A DNA stretch of 64,000 nucleotides from Felis catus (Eukaryota). This document shows, in pieces, positions 21,401 to 31,896 of the stretch. A program made the position numbers and the translations under genes. The stretch lies in NCBI RefSeq assembly GCF_018350175.1, contig NC_058368.1, positions 117,058,001 through 117,122,000 on the forward strand, in the 5' to 3' direction. The number at the start of each line of letters is the position of its first letter. The stretch's first letter is position 1. The notes under the pieces are model-generated. The model made no database searches, was not told where the DNA came from, and was given only the letters and a program-made list of their open reading frames with translations.

Positions 21401-23239
21401 GGATGCTTCCACACGGTATACCAATCTGAAGCAGATACAAGAAATTATAATTAACCATACAGAGGATTGTAAAGTACCCAAATCAGTGGAGTGAGAAGGA
21501 GAAGCTGACCACTATATAATTCTAAGTATATATTTTGTTGATTATGAAAATGCCCGAAGGGGACTCACGATTTAGGGACTGTGTTTTGAAGGACCCCAAG
21601 GGAACATGGGTGATTACTCTTTTTAATATGTTTAATGTAAATATAAACGTAAACAGAAATAAGTGTATGGGGGCACATAATCGTTTAGGACACAGTTGTC
21701 TGACAAGTGGTCTAACTATAGAAGAATAAAATTGAAATTTAATTAGGATTTTTTCATTCCACGTCCACTATTTTGAAGCTTTTTTACTAGTCTCTTCTTT
21801 GCGTAGTAAGGTATTCATCTGCTTTTTTTGTAATATTTAGGCCTAAATATCTAAGAGTTTCCACTTGCTCCTATTCATTGCCATTTATTTTTTAATAGGA
21901 TCAGTTAGATAAAGTATCAAGGTCATTAAATTTAATCTCTGTCCTCTAAAATATGAACAGCTATATCTAAATTTTAAAACTCACTTAAAATGTGATTAAC
22001 ACTTTCAAAATTCGCTTTATTTGTTTAGGCACTTATTGTCTCTTTCACCCCAGATTGGAAGCTCTGTGATAATCCAGAGTTTTCAGTCTCCCATAGTCAT
22101 CGTGTCCCAGTGCCTAGTACGAAAACATGGGAGACACACAAAAAAATTTTCTAATTGAATGAAACAACTGACCTATCTAGAAATAACATAAATATAGTTT
22201 AATTCCCATAATAATTTGTGAGGGAAAATATATTCTATGTCACCTTAAAATGAGATAGAGCCATGTTATATACATTTCTCTCTAGTCAAGGACAGTGCCA
22301 ATTATGAGTGGAGAGTTTTGCTAAAAGTGTGTGTGAATGTGTCTTCTGTGGTTTAGGTAGACTCTGATACCTAATCATGGGAGGAAATAAAAATGGCCTG
22401 GCACCAATTTGGATTTTTTGTTAAATTTGAAGTAGAAATTAGGTTCTTTCAGATAAACTACATTAGTTCTCTTGGTTCTATGATGTGCTGAAGAATGTTC
22501 ACTGATTTAACTATAATTTCAGGATCATCTGTTTCCTTTTTTCGATGGTGAACTTTTTTTCAGTGTGATTATCCCTTAATTATACTTGGTTTTACTTCAT
22601 TTGTAGCTATAAGAGTTTTATTTGCTAGCCTCTGCATGGTACTTTATTTAACCATATAATATGTAAGGACATGTCTATACATGTAAATAATCCAAATATT
22701 ACTTTGCATTTTAATTGCCTGAGTTTTATGATGCTCAAATACCTTTGTCACAGAAAGTAACTTAAGATAAATTCTATGTAATTCTGATTTTCCAAAATTA
22801 TTATCTTAGCAAATCTTTATATGGAATGTTGTTGAAGAAAATTAAAAGGATTAACTGAAGTTTCCCCTCAGGTATCTACCTCCTTCAGTCCTGGAACATA
22901 TTTTCTGCTTTTGAGTTTAACACATTTTATAAATGCTGTTTTTTTGGGGGAAAATTACATTGATCCTAAAACCAAGGGCTCTACCTCATCACACATTACC
23001 CTAATGTCTATTGATAAATATAGGTTTTTTTAAAAAAAAATCAAGTCCATTAGACATACAGGAACACTCTAAATTGATGAACGAATTACACTTCTGTGGT
23101 TGTTCCATGGAATATCTGTGATAGTAGGAAACCAAAGATTTGGGAAGAGCGATAAATTCCCCAGTGAAATGTTTCCTTCCTTTAATAAAAGTAGTATCAC
23201 AATCAGGCTAATGCTGTATGCTTGAAAATTCCCTTTAAA

Positions 23240-23451
23240 AAATTTTAAATGTTTTTTATTTATTTTTGAGAGACAGAGACAAAGCACGAGTGGGGGAGGG
23301 TCAGAGAGAGAGGGAGACACAGAATCCCAAGCAAGCTCCAGGCTCTGAGCTTTCAGCACAGAGCCTGACACAGGGCTCCAACTCATGAACCATGAGATTA
23401 TGACCTGAGCTGAAGTCAGACACTTAACTGACCTAGCTACCCAGGCATCCC
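23240..23451 (-). mobile_element. Can-SINE
   Basis: Reverse-complement SINE; TSD tgaaaattcccttta. Confidence 0.9.
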
Positions 23452-23649
23452 TGAAAATTCCCTTTAGTAAACTTTTAATAAACTTTTAAGTTGCTTATAC
23501 TGTGGAGGTTAAAAAATTATGAGTGATAAAAGAAGCCCTGCTTATATTTTGGAGATCACAAATTACAGGGTAAGGAAATTTCAGACACCTCAGGAAAGTA
23601 TATTTCTATACTGGTATATCATTTTATAAACAGTGAAAAACAAGTTTAT

Positions 23650-24130
23650 AGGGATGCCTGGCTGGTTAAGTCGATAGAGCATGCGACCCTTGATCTTGGG
23701 GTTGTGAGTTTGAGCCCCACTTTGAGTGGGAAAATTACTTAAAAATAAAATCCTAGGGCCGCCTGGGCGGCTCAGTCGGTTAAGCGTCCAACTTCGGCTC
23801 GGGTCAAGATCTCGCGGTTTGTGAGTTCAAGCCCCGCGTTGGGCTCTGTGCTGACAGCTTGGAGCCTGGAGCCTGCTTCAGATTCTGTGTCTCACTCTCT
23901 CTCTGCCCCTCCCCTGCTCATTCTCTGTGTCTCTCTGTCTCAAAAATAACTAAAACATTTTTTAAAAAATAAAAAATTAAAATAAATAAAAATAAAATCC
24001 TAAAGGGGCTCCTGGCTGGTTCATTCAGAGGAGCATCCAACTCTTGATCTCAGGGTTGTGAGTTTGAGCACCACATTGGATGTAGAGATTATTTAAATAA
24101 ATAAAACTTAAAAAAATGAAATCTTAAAAA
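23650..24130 (+). mobile_element. Cluster of three Can-SINEs (short, full, short)
   Basis: SINE heads at ~23650, ~23756 and ~24005, each followed by an A-rich tail. Confidence 0.85.
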
Positions 24131-24214
24131 AAAAGTTTAACTAAAATGTAGCAGTCTCCTGTATCAAGTAGAATGTTTTCTATAGAAAAAAAAGGCCAAT
24201 GTAATTTACACTGA

Positions 24215-24410
24215 TTTATTATTTTTTAACATGAAATTTATTGTCAGATTGGTTTCCATACAACACCCAGTGCTCATCCCAACAGGTGCTCTCCTCAATG
24301 CCCATCACCCACTTTCTCCTCCCTCTCCCACCCCATCAACCCTCAGTTTATTCTCAGTTTTTAAGAGTCTCTTATGGTTTGGCTCCCTTCCTCTCTAACT
24401 TTTTTTCCCC
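24215..24410 (-). mobile_element. Carnivore LINE-1 3' UTR end
   Basis: Highly similar to the element at 57720-57985 (tacaacacccagtgctcatcccaaca...ttaagagtctcttatgg); T-rich tail on the plus strand. Confidence 0.75.
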
Positions 24411-24457
24411 TTAAATAATTAGAAAATCTGTTATCTTAAAAACCAGGTGCTCTAGAG

Positions 24458-24770
24458 CAGCTCTGTCCAATAGAAATATAATGTGAGCCACAGATGAAAG
24501 CCACTTATGTGATATTAAATTATCTAGTGACCAGAGTAAAGTGGCAAAAAGAAATATGTGAAATTAATTTCAATAATTTTATTTAACTTAATTCAAATGA
24601 TCATAATCAATGTAATAATTATTAATGATATATTTTACATTCTTATTTTGTACTAAATCTTCAAAACCTGGTGCGTATTTTACACTGACAGCACATCTCA
24701 ATTTGGACTGGCCATATTTCAGATGCTCAATGGCCACATGTAGCTGGTGGTTACTGTATTGGACAGTGCC
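24458..24770. mobile_element. Non-autonomous hAT-Charlie DNA transposon (MER33/MER3-like)
   Basis: Terminal inverted repeats ctgtccaata ... tattggacag; internal aatataatgtgagccaca and tggccacatgtagct motifs. Confidence 0.75.
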
Positions 24771-25099
24771 AGTGCCATTCTTGAAAGTATGGCTCCCTCT
24801 AGGCATAATAGAATCATGACCTAGCACAAATTGTTTTTCTCTTCCTAATTTTGGAGAATGATAATTTATTTATATTTTTTCTGTTATTCTTTCAGCTTTG
24901 TCCTTATCTTGTAAACTTCTTAAGTCTCTGGTCATAAGAATTCTGCCAGCAGTAACCAGGGAGCTTCCTTCCTTGTCCACGGTAAGTTCAGAGAGTGGCT
25001 CCCCCCAACCAGTTTGTCTTTCAATGTGATTGGACCAGTTTAGACCATTTACCTATCCCTGGCTCAATAATAGTCACCTGGGGAATACCCTGAGCCTGT

Positions 25100-25295
25100 G
25101 ATTTTCAGTATGATGGGGAGGAGGTGACATTTGGTAATGTCTGGAGACATTTTTGATTGTCATAACTGTGGGGGTGGGGTCTACTGGCATCTATTGTGTA
25201 GAGGCCAGGGATGCTGCTAAATATCCTACCATATGCAGACCAGCCCTCTTCCCCACAATAGTTCCATGGCTCAAAATAGTACCATGGTTGAGTAA
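25100..25295. mobile_element. MER20-like DNA transposon remnant
   Basis: gacatttggtaatgtctggagacattttt...tggcatcta...tagaggccagggatgctgctaaa is the characteristic MER20 core. Confidence 0.75.
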
Positions 25296-25462
25296 GCTTA
25301 TTAAGTCTGTATTCCTAGCTAACACTGACAATGAGGAATGAGGTTTACCATTATTGGTTTAGATCTATCAGTATCTATGAATAAGTTTAGCTTCCTGTTT
25401 CAGAGGGTGGGCCTCTAAACTAAAAAAGGAAATGTTAGAAGAGAGCAAAGGGCACAGACAAC

Positions 25463-25712
25463 TGTCTTAGTCCATATGTACTACTTTAACAAAATACCAT
25501 AAACTGAGTGGCTTGTAAACAACAGAAATTTATTTATAAGTTCTGGGGGCTGAGAAATCTGAGATAAAAGTGCCAGAAGATTTGATGTCTGGTGAGGACT
25601 TCACCCTCATGACCTAATCACCTCTCCAAAGCCCTACCTCCAAATACCATTATACTTGGGATTAGGTTTCAACATATGAATTTTGAGGGAACACAAATAC
25701 CGGTTTATAGAG
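25463..25712. mobile_element. MaLR LTR remnant (MLT1/MST-like)
   Basis: tgtcttagtcc...aacaaaataccataaactgagtggctt...aacaacagaaatttattt...catgacctaatcacct...tttcaacatatgaattttg. Confidence 0.7.
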
Positions 25713-25779
25713 GCCACCAGTAATATCCATGAAAGAGCTGATTATTTGAGGGGTTATAATAATATATATTTAATTCCAA

Positions 25780-27225
25780 CAAAGATTCAAGTGGACAATA
25801 AGCACGTGAAAAGATGCTCAACATCACTAATTGTTAGGGGAATGCAAATCAAGACAATGAGATACCACCTTACACCCATTAGGATGGCTACTATCAGAAA
25901 AACAAAATAACAAATGTTAGTAGGGATGTGAAATATTTGAAACCTTTGTGCATTGCTGGTAGGAATCTAAAATGGTATAGCCACTGTGGAAAACAGTGTG
26001 GCATTTCCTCAAAAAATTAAAAATAGGGGCACCTGCATGGCTCAGTCAGTTAAGCATCTAACTCTTGATTTCGGCTCAGGTCATGATCTCACGGTTTGTG
26101 AGTTCAAGCCCCTCATTGGGCTCTATGCTAGCAATGTGGAGCCTGCTTCAGATTCTCTGTCTCTGTCTGTCTGTCTCTGCTCCTCCTCTCCTCATACATT
26201 CACTCTCTCTCTCTCAAAATAAATAAACATTTAAAAAAATTAAAAGTAGAATTACCTTATGATCCAGCACTTCCACTTCTGGGCATGTACCCAAAAGAAT
26301 TGAGAGCAGGGTCTCAAAGAGACATTCGTAGGGGTGCCTGCATGGCTCAGTTGGTTGAGCATCTGACCTTGGCTTAGGTCATCATCTCATGGTTCATGAG
26401 TTCGAGCCCCACATCAGGCTTGCTGCTGTCAGCCAAGAGCCTGCTTTGGATCCTCTGTCCCCCTCCCCTGCCCCTCCTCTGTTCATGTTCTCTCTCTCAA
26501 AAATAAATAAAACATTTAAAAAGAGACATTTGTACACCCATGTTTATAGCAACATAATTAATAGTAGCTAAAACTTAGAAGCAACCCAAGTTGCCATCAA
26601 CAGATGAATGAATAAGTAAAATGTGGTCTGTACATACAATGTAATGTTATTCAGCCTTAAAAAGGAAGCAAATTTGGGGGTGCTTGGGTGGCTCAGTCGA
26701 TTAAGGGTCTGACTCTTGATTTTAGCTCAGGTCATGATCTCGTGGTTCATGAGATTGCTTACAGCAGAGAGCCCACTTGTGATTCTCCTTCTGTCTCTCT
26801 CTCAACCCTTCGTTCTCTTCCTCCCTCTTTCTCTCTCTCTCAAAATAAATAAATAAACTTAAAAAAAAGAGGAAGGAAATTTTTACATATGCTACAACAC
26901 AGATGAACTTTGAGGATATTATTCGGTGTAAAATAAGCCAGTCATAAATAGATAAATACTAGTTGATTCCACTTATATGAGTTATTTAGAGTAGCCAAAA
27001 TCATAGAAAATAGATGATGTTTTCTAGGGGCTGGAGAGAGGGGAGAATGAAGAGTTAATAGGTAATGGGTATGGGTTTCAGTTTTAAAAGTTGAAAAGTG
27101 TTCTGGAGATAGATGGTAGTAATGGTTGTATAAGATTATGAATGTATTTAATACCACTGAACTGTGTACTTAAAAATGGTTAAGATGTTAAATTTTATGT
27201 GTATATTACCACAACAAAAAAAAGT
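25780..27225 (+). mobile_element. Old L1M-type LINE-1 3' fragment interrupted by three Can-SINEs (~26026, ~26331, ~26676)
   Basis: ORF2 C-terminal peptide [31 protein letters not shown]; 3' UTR ending ...actgaactgtgtacttaaaaatggttaag. Confidence 0.8.
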
Positions 27226-27660
27226 ATATATGTATTTACAAAGTGTGGACAGTCATCAAATATAATAATCACATAATTACTGGTGATTTAAAATTTTTAT
27301 CAGCATTTTCTACTTTTGTATAATAAAAAAACTTGTTATATTGTAGAATTTACAGTGAGAATGACTTTTGTGATGAAAAATTATTTTTATAATGGCTAAT
27401 TTCTTCAGCAAAAATTTTTTAAGGAAAAGAAGCTTCAGTGGTGTATCATCTTCAAAAGGAAATGTCAAGAGGGAAAATTGTGTAAGAATTCTTTTAAGTC
27501 GATTTGAATTTTAATAATTTAAAGCATTTGGTTTAAATTTTTCAGAAAGGCTAATTTCTTATACTTTGTCAAAAAGAAATAATGACTCGCAGCCTCTGCC
27601 TAAAATAAGTCCTGGAAATAAAGCAAATACAGTCTCCTGACTTTGAGAAATAACAGGAGG

Positions 27661-27700
27661 TAGATATCGTACCAGGCCTCTGGGTGCCGCTGTCTGCCAG
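27661..27700 (+). promoter_or_regulatory. CSE/CTCF-like promoter element of relic 3
   Basis: ggcctctgggtgccgctgt with an intact CGCT core; differs from the PCDHGB2 CSE core cctctgggtgtcgctgt at one position. Confidence 0.75.
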
Positions 27701-27959
27701 TCCGTAGCTAGAGTGAAACAAAGCAATCCATTGGCATTCTGACCCAGCGATCCCCGCCGACATTTGTGGAATATATCTGGAGTGGACTTCTTACACCTTC
27801 TCTTCCACCATCTTTTCTAAATTTCTGCGTCAGGAACATCAGGATGTTTAATGACCTGGAATGAGGCGCTGCCTTTTCTCTCCAGTGTACCTTTGTAATC
27901 TGGGAGCAACCATGGCAAGATGTATTAGGATCTGAGAAGCAGCATCGAGAAGAGATAAG

Positions 27960-30032
27960 AAAGAAGTCCCCCACAGGAAAGGCACACCGTGCGCAGTAAG
28001 CAGTTTCCCTTACTGATGTCTTTGTTCAGCCTATTGAAGTATGCGTCAGATGTGCTGCGAGATTCTAGAAGAAAAGGCCAGTGGTTTAAAAGTGGGGAAT
28101 CTGGGCAAAGATGTGACCAGAACTATGGGTGAATGCCGGGAAGCCTCTTTACTGCCAGAGAAAGGAGCAGGGAAGGACTGGAGAATGATAGACTAGATCT
28201 AGCAGATAATGTTAAAGGAAGTCTTTAGGCCCTTGAATCTGAAACCCTCACTGGAAACCCCATGAATGCTTTTCATATAAATTTATTCATCCTGGATATA
28301 AATAATTTATGGTTTTTAATACATTTTGTTTTGGAAATTGTGGAAAACATCTTAAAATGAGCATAGTTCATTCTTAAACCCCAGTATGTTTGGATGCTAC
28401 AAGTAATTCTCTATGGATTTATCACATTAGTTTCAATAGCCATTTCCCCAGTCCCCACAAGTAAAAGAGATGACTAGGGCAGGAATGGACCAGAGGAGCA
28501 GAGCTGCCACCAGTTAGTGTTAGGGAGGGGTAGGAACAGCTCGTGGCAAGATGAGGGAGTTGGATGCTAATGCCAGTGCTGCCGTACTGAGCCACAAGAA
28601 GTGCAGCAGAATCTGCCTACAGGAGAACCTGCCCTCCACCACATGCTCTGCATTCTTCAGGGGGACTCTACTGACCTCGATGACACTGTAAGGTTGAGAT
28701 TCCCTACACTTACTACAGTCTCATATAGCATATCTACCATCTAAAAGTGACAGTACCATCTTTGATTTTGGAGTGCAACAGATGAATCATGGAGTAGAAG
28801 AGAAGATTGGAGGCAGTTTAAGGGCCCCTTTCAAGATCCTGATTGAAATGGAGGTTGAGAACTACAGTGCTGTGCAGGTGACTTTCAGCTGGGTGTCTAG
28901 TCCTATTAAAGGCAAGAACTGTGGCTGCCCAAGCCAAAACGATGGAGAGATGAAAGATACAGAAAGTAGTAAACACACAGTCAAACAATTCACTTCTAAG
29001 AATTACTATGCAATTCTTTGTAAGCTACAGACAGATGGAATTCTAAACTGGAAGCAGACCATGAAATACAGTGTCACCACCGGAGCCACCAAGGACAAGC
29101 TGTCCCTCTCCTCCAGCATAAGCATCACCCTGCATATCACCACCATCAACAAAAAATGCTTGTTTTCCAGCAGACCTCTTTCTGCAGTCCAGGAGAATGG
29201 GAACACCTGCTATAAGTCTCCATCTCACACTTTAGTGCTTCTTACCCAGATGTGGGGCCCTGTGCACCTATTTCTTCCTGGCCAGCAACCTGGCACTGTG
29301 TGCACTGTCATCCAGTGTGTCAGTAGGTGCAGAGCATGATGATGTTCACTGCAGGCTCCTTGTGATGGCAAAAATACACAGGCAGTGCTGTGGCAGGAGC
29401 TGCAGCCAGAAGTCATGCCCTCTTTGATGTGGCACCATGCTCAGTGCAGCTGGCTACCTGGTCATGAAAGTGACCAGCTGGAGAGCTTTGCCTGACTGTC
29501 CTATCATATGCTTCAGACCAGCTAATATGACTCTTCAACCTAGGGAGGCACAAGAGTGAGATTAGCACCATGGCACTGTGAGCAACAGAGATGTTGCTCT
29601 ACAGGGTTGCTGGTCACTGCATACAATACCTACTGTCATCGTGCTGCACCTAGTCTTTGCAGAAGTTGCTGCCAGAACTCAGCAATGGCCTGGCACCAGG
29701 TGCCAGGCAGGCAGAGCTACAATTTTACCTGCCTGTGGCCTTGTCCTTGATATCTGTGCTCTTCTCCTCACAGTGACTCTGGCCTTCACCCTGCTTCTGT
29801 GGGGCTCCTCCAGCCCTACTTTCAGTCTGGTCTCTGGTCCAAGCCTAGATTTGGAGATGCTTCTACTTCAAGTGAGATTTGCCCTAATTCTACAATCTTT
29901 GTGTGGCTTCAGATATTGGAAAGTCTTAATTTAATTTCTTGAAGTAAACCCAAGATACATCTTTTAACTGCATAGTCTCTGTGGTGCCTGCAATGCAACC
30001 TTAAATATTACATTGGATTCAAATGTTTACCT
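27960..30032 (+). pseudogene. Degenerate protocadherin gamma-B-type variable exon (relic 3), spanning leader to splice donor
   Basis: Colinear gamma-B motifs: EILEEKASGLKVGNLGKD (28059), NPMNAFHINLFILDINN (28256), TSKNYY...LSSSISITLHI (in ORF 28773-29339), ALFDVAP...GYLVMKV (29417), LHLVFAE (~29644), QAELQFYL (29708), VALSLISVLF; gtgagt donor at 30033. Many stops and indels. Confidence 0.88.
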
Positions 30033-31036
30033 GTGAGTTTTAACACTTTTATTTTGTAATATCCTGTTATAAATCAACCCTGATTGGTTTTTTTGTTGTT
30101 GTTAAATGAGGAGAAGCTCTGCAAGTTCACTTTCTAGTTTCTGTGTGTATTTTAATTTCTTTCACTAGCTCAGACAGTCCCTTTGGTGAAAAGTTTGTTT
30201 CTATTAGTGTATATTCTAAAAACTTATATTTTCTGCTAAAAAATCCTTTCCTTGAAATATTGAAGGATGTTTGCTGAATCTTTAAGCCTTTGGGTTCCAT
30301 ATACTTGTTTTGAGAAGCTGAGAAACTATAGATTTGGTTACACAGGAATAGATATTCTCTTTCTAAGAACTACTCTTGTGGCCTTTGTTTCCTTTATTTC
30401 CTTATTTTCTGGACCCTTCTCAGTCGTGTTCATGGGTGGACTGCCAGTATCTGGCCAAATTTGTTCCTGAAATGTTAACCTCTAGAATGCAGAAAACATT
30501 CTTCCCTAATTTTTGGGTAAATCACTCGGAGCCTCAGACATTTTAATTAGTAACCTTTTACTAATTTTGCAGTGAGTAAAAGAAGGAAGGCAATCTAGTT
30601 TAAAAATCTTGCTCTTTAAGAAAACCAGCTTCTCTTGGGGGAATATTAAGTGTGATTTTAGGAGAATGCATATTATTTTAATGGCCTGTCTAAAAATAAA
30701 GATGTGGCCATGTCCTTTTCAGTTTTGAAGAAGAATATCACTACCTCTTATGTCTCTTAAATTTGAAGTCTTAAATTAGATACTCATATGACATTTTCCA
30801 GTAAATTCTAAGAGCCCAGTGTTATTTTATTCAAAATACATTACCTTTGAGTGAATTAAAGATCTTTTAAAATCTACATAATACAAAAACTTCAGAAAAG
30901 TGGAAAAATAAGGTTAGGGATAAAACATGTTCTTTAAAATTCCAAGGTTTCTGATATTCAAAGCACAGTGGAAATGAAATGGGACAGTCCAATTTTTAAA
31001 TGTCTAGCTTACATCCTAAAAGTTTATTTATGCCTT

Positions 31037-31250
31037 GGGGCAACTGGGTGGCTTAGTCAGCTGAGGGACCATCTTTGGCTCAGGTTGTGATCTCAAGGTT
31101 CCTGACTTTGAGCCCCACATTGGGCTAGCAGTTGTGCAAGCTGCTGTCAGTGCAGAGCCCGCTTTGGAACCTCTGTTCCCCCATCTCTCTCTCTGTTCCT
31201 CCCCTGCTCTATCTCTCTCTCAAAAATAAATAAACATTAAAAGAAAAAAA
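31037..31250 (+). mobile_element. Can-SINE
   Basis: Diverged head, (CT)n tract and A tail. Confidence 0.8.
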
Positions 31251-31600
31251 TTAAAAGTTTACTTATCCTCCAGTTTTTTTCATCCTCCAGTCAAAAGACA
31301 ATTGCCCTTCTGTGTGGCCTGAGAAACTGTCAAATGGTCAAGCTGTAGTAGCATAATGGAGGTATGATTTTGTCACTGTGATATCATGAATAACACATAG
31401 AAAGCAGATAGCTTGGAAATAGGGGGATTCTACTGTATATCGCAATTTAGCAACAGTTAGATGTGATTAAATAAAAATAGTACTTTCTAATTCTCATACA
31501 TATTTTGTAAAATGCTTAACTATTTCCTTGACAATAAACTAAGACTTAAGGAAAGATAGGTCAGGTTAATGAGAAGGGAATGTTTAAGTATTACCTAGGA

Positions 31601-31640
31601 GTGTAGTAACTGGTGAGGACTCTGGGCGCCGCTGTTCACC
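31601..31640 (+). promoter_or_regulatory. CSE (CTCF-binding conserved sequence element) of the PCDHGA1 promoter
   Basis: gtgtagtaac...ggactctgggcgccgctgttcacc; the same motif recurs about 200-270 bp before every variable exon. Confidence 0.85.
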
Positions 31641-31896
31641 AGTCTGAGAGAGAGAGGCAGCATGCGCGCGCGCGCGCACACACTCACACATCCCCAAAGG
31701 GAAAAAAATTAAAAAGCTTCTTAGAACCTCCATCACCGCCAGATTGAAAACAACCTCCCTGAAGCTTCCTTGACCCTACTTCTGGACCACTTTCCGCTCT
31801 GAAATCTCCTGAAAATTCAGTTAATTTGGGCTTAGAAGAACAGAGAAACAATACCGTTGGTACCAGACTGGGAGAAAACTACGAAAGGAGAGAGCA

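Noticed and set aside
28773..29339. 188-aa ORF as a novel protein
   Set aside because: It starts at GTG and is an open stretch of the gamma-B relic with degraded cadherin motifs; it drifts out of the cadherin frame.
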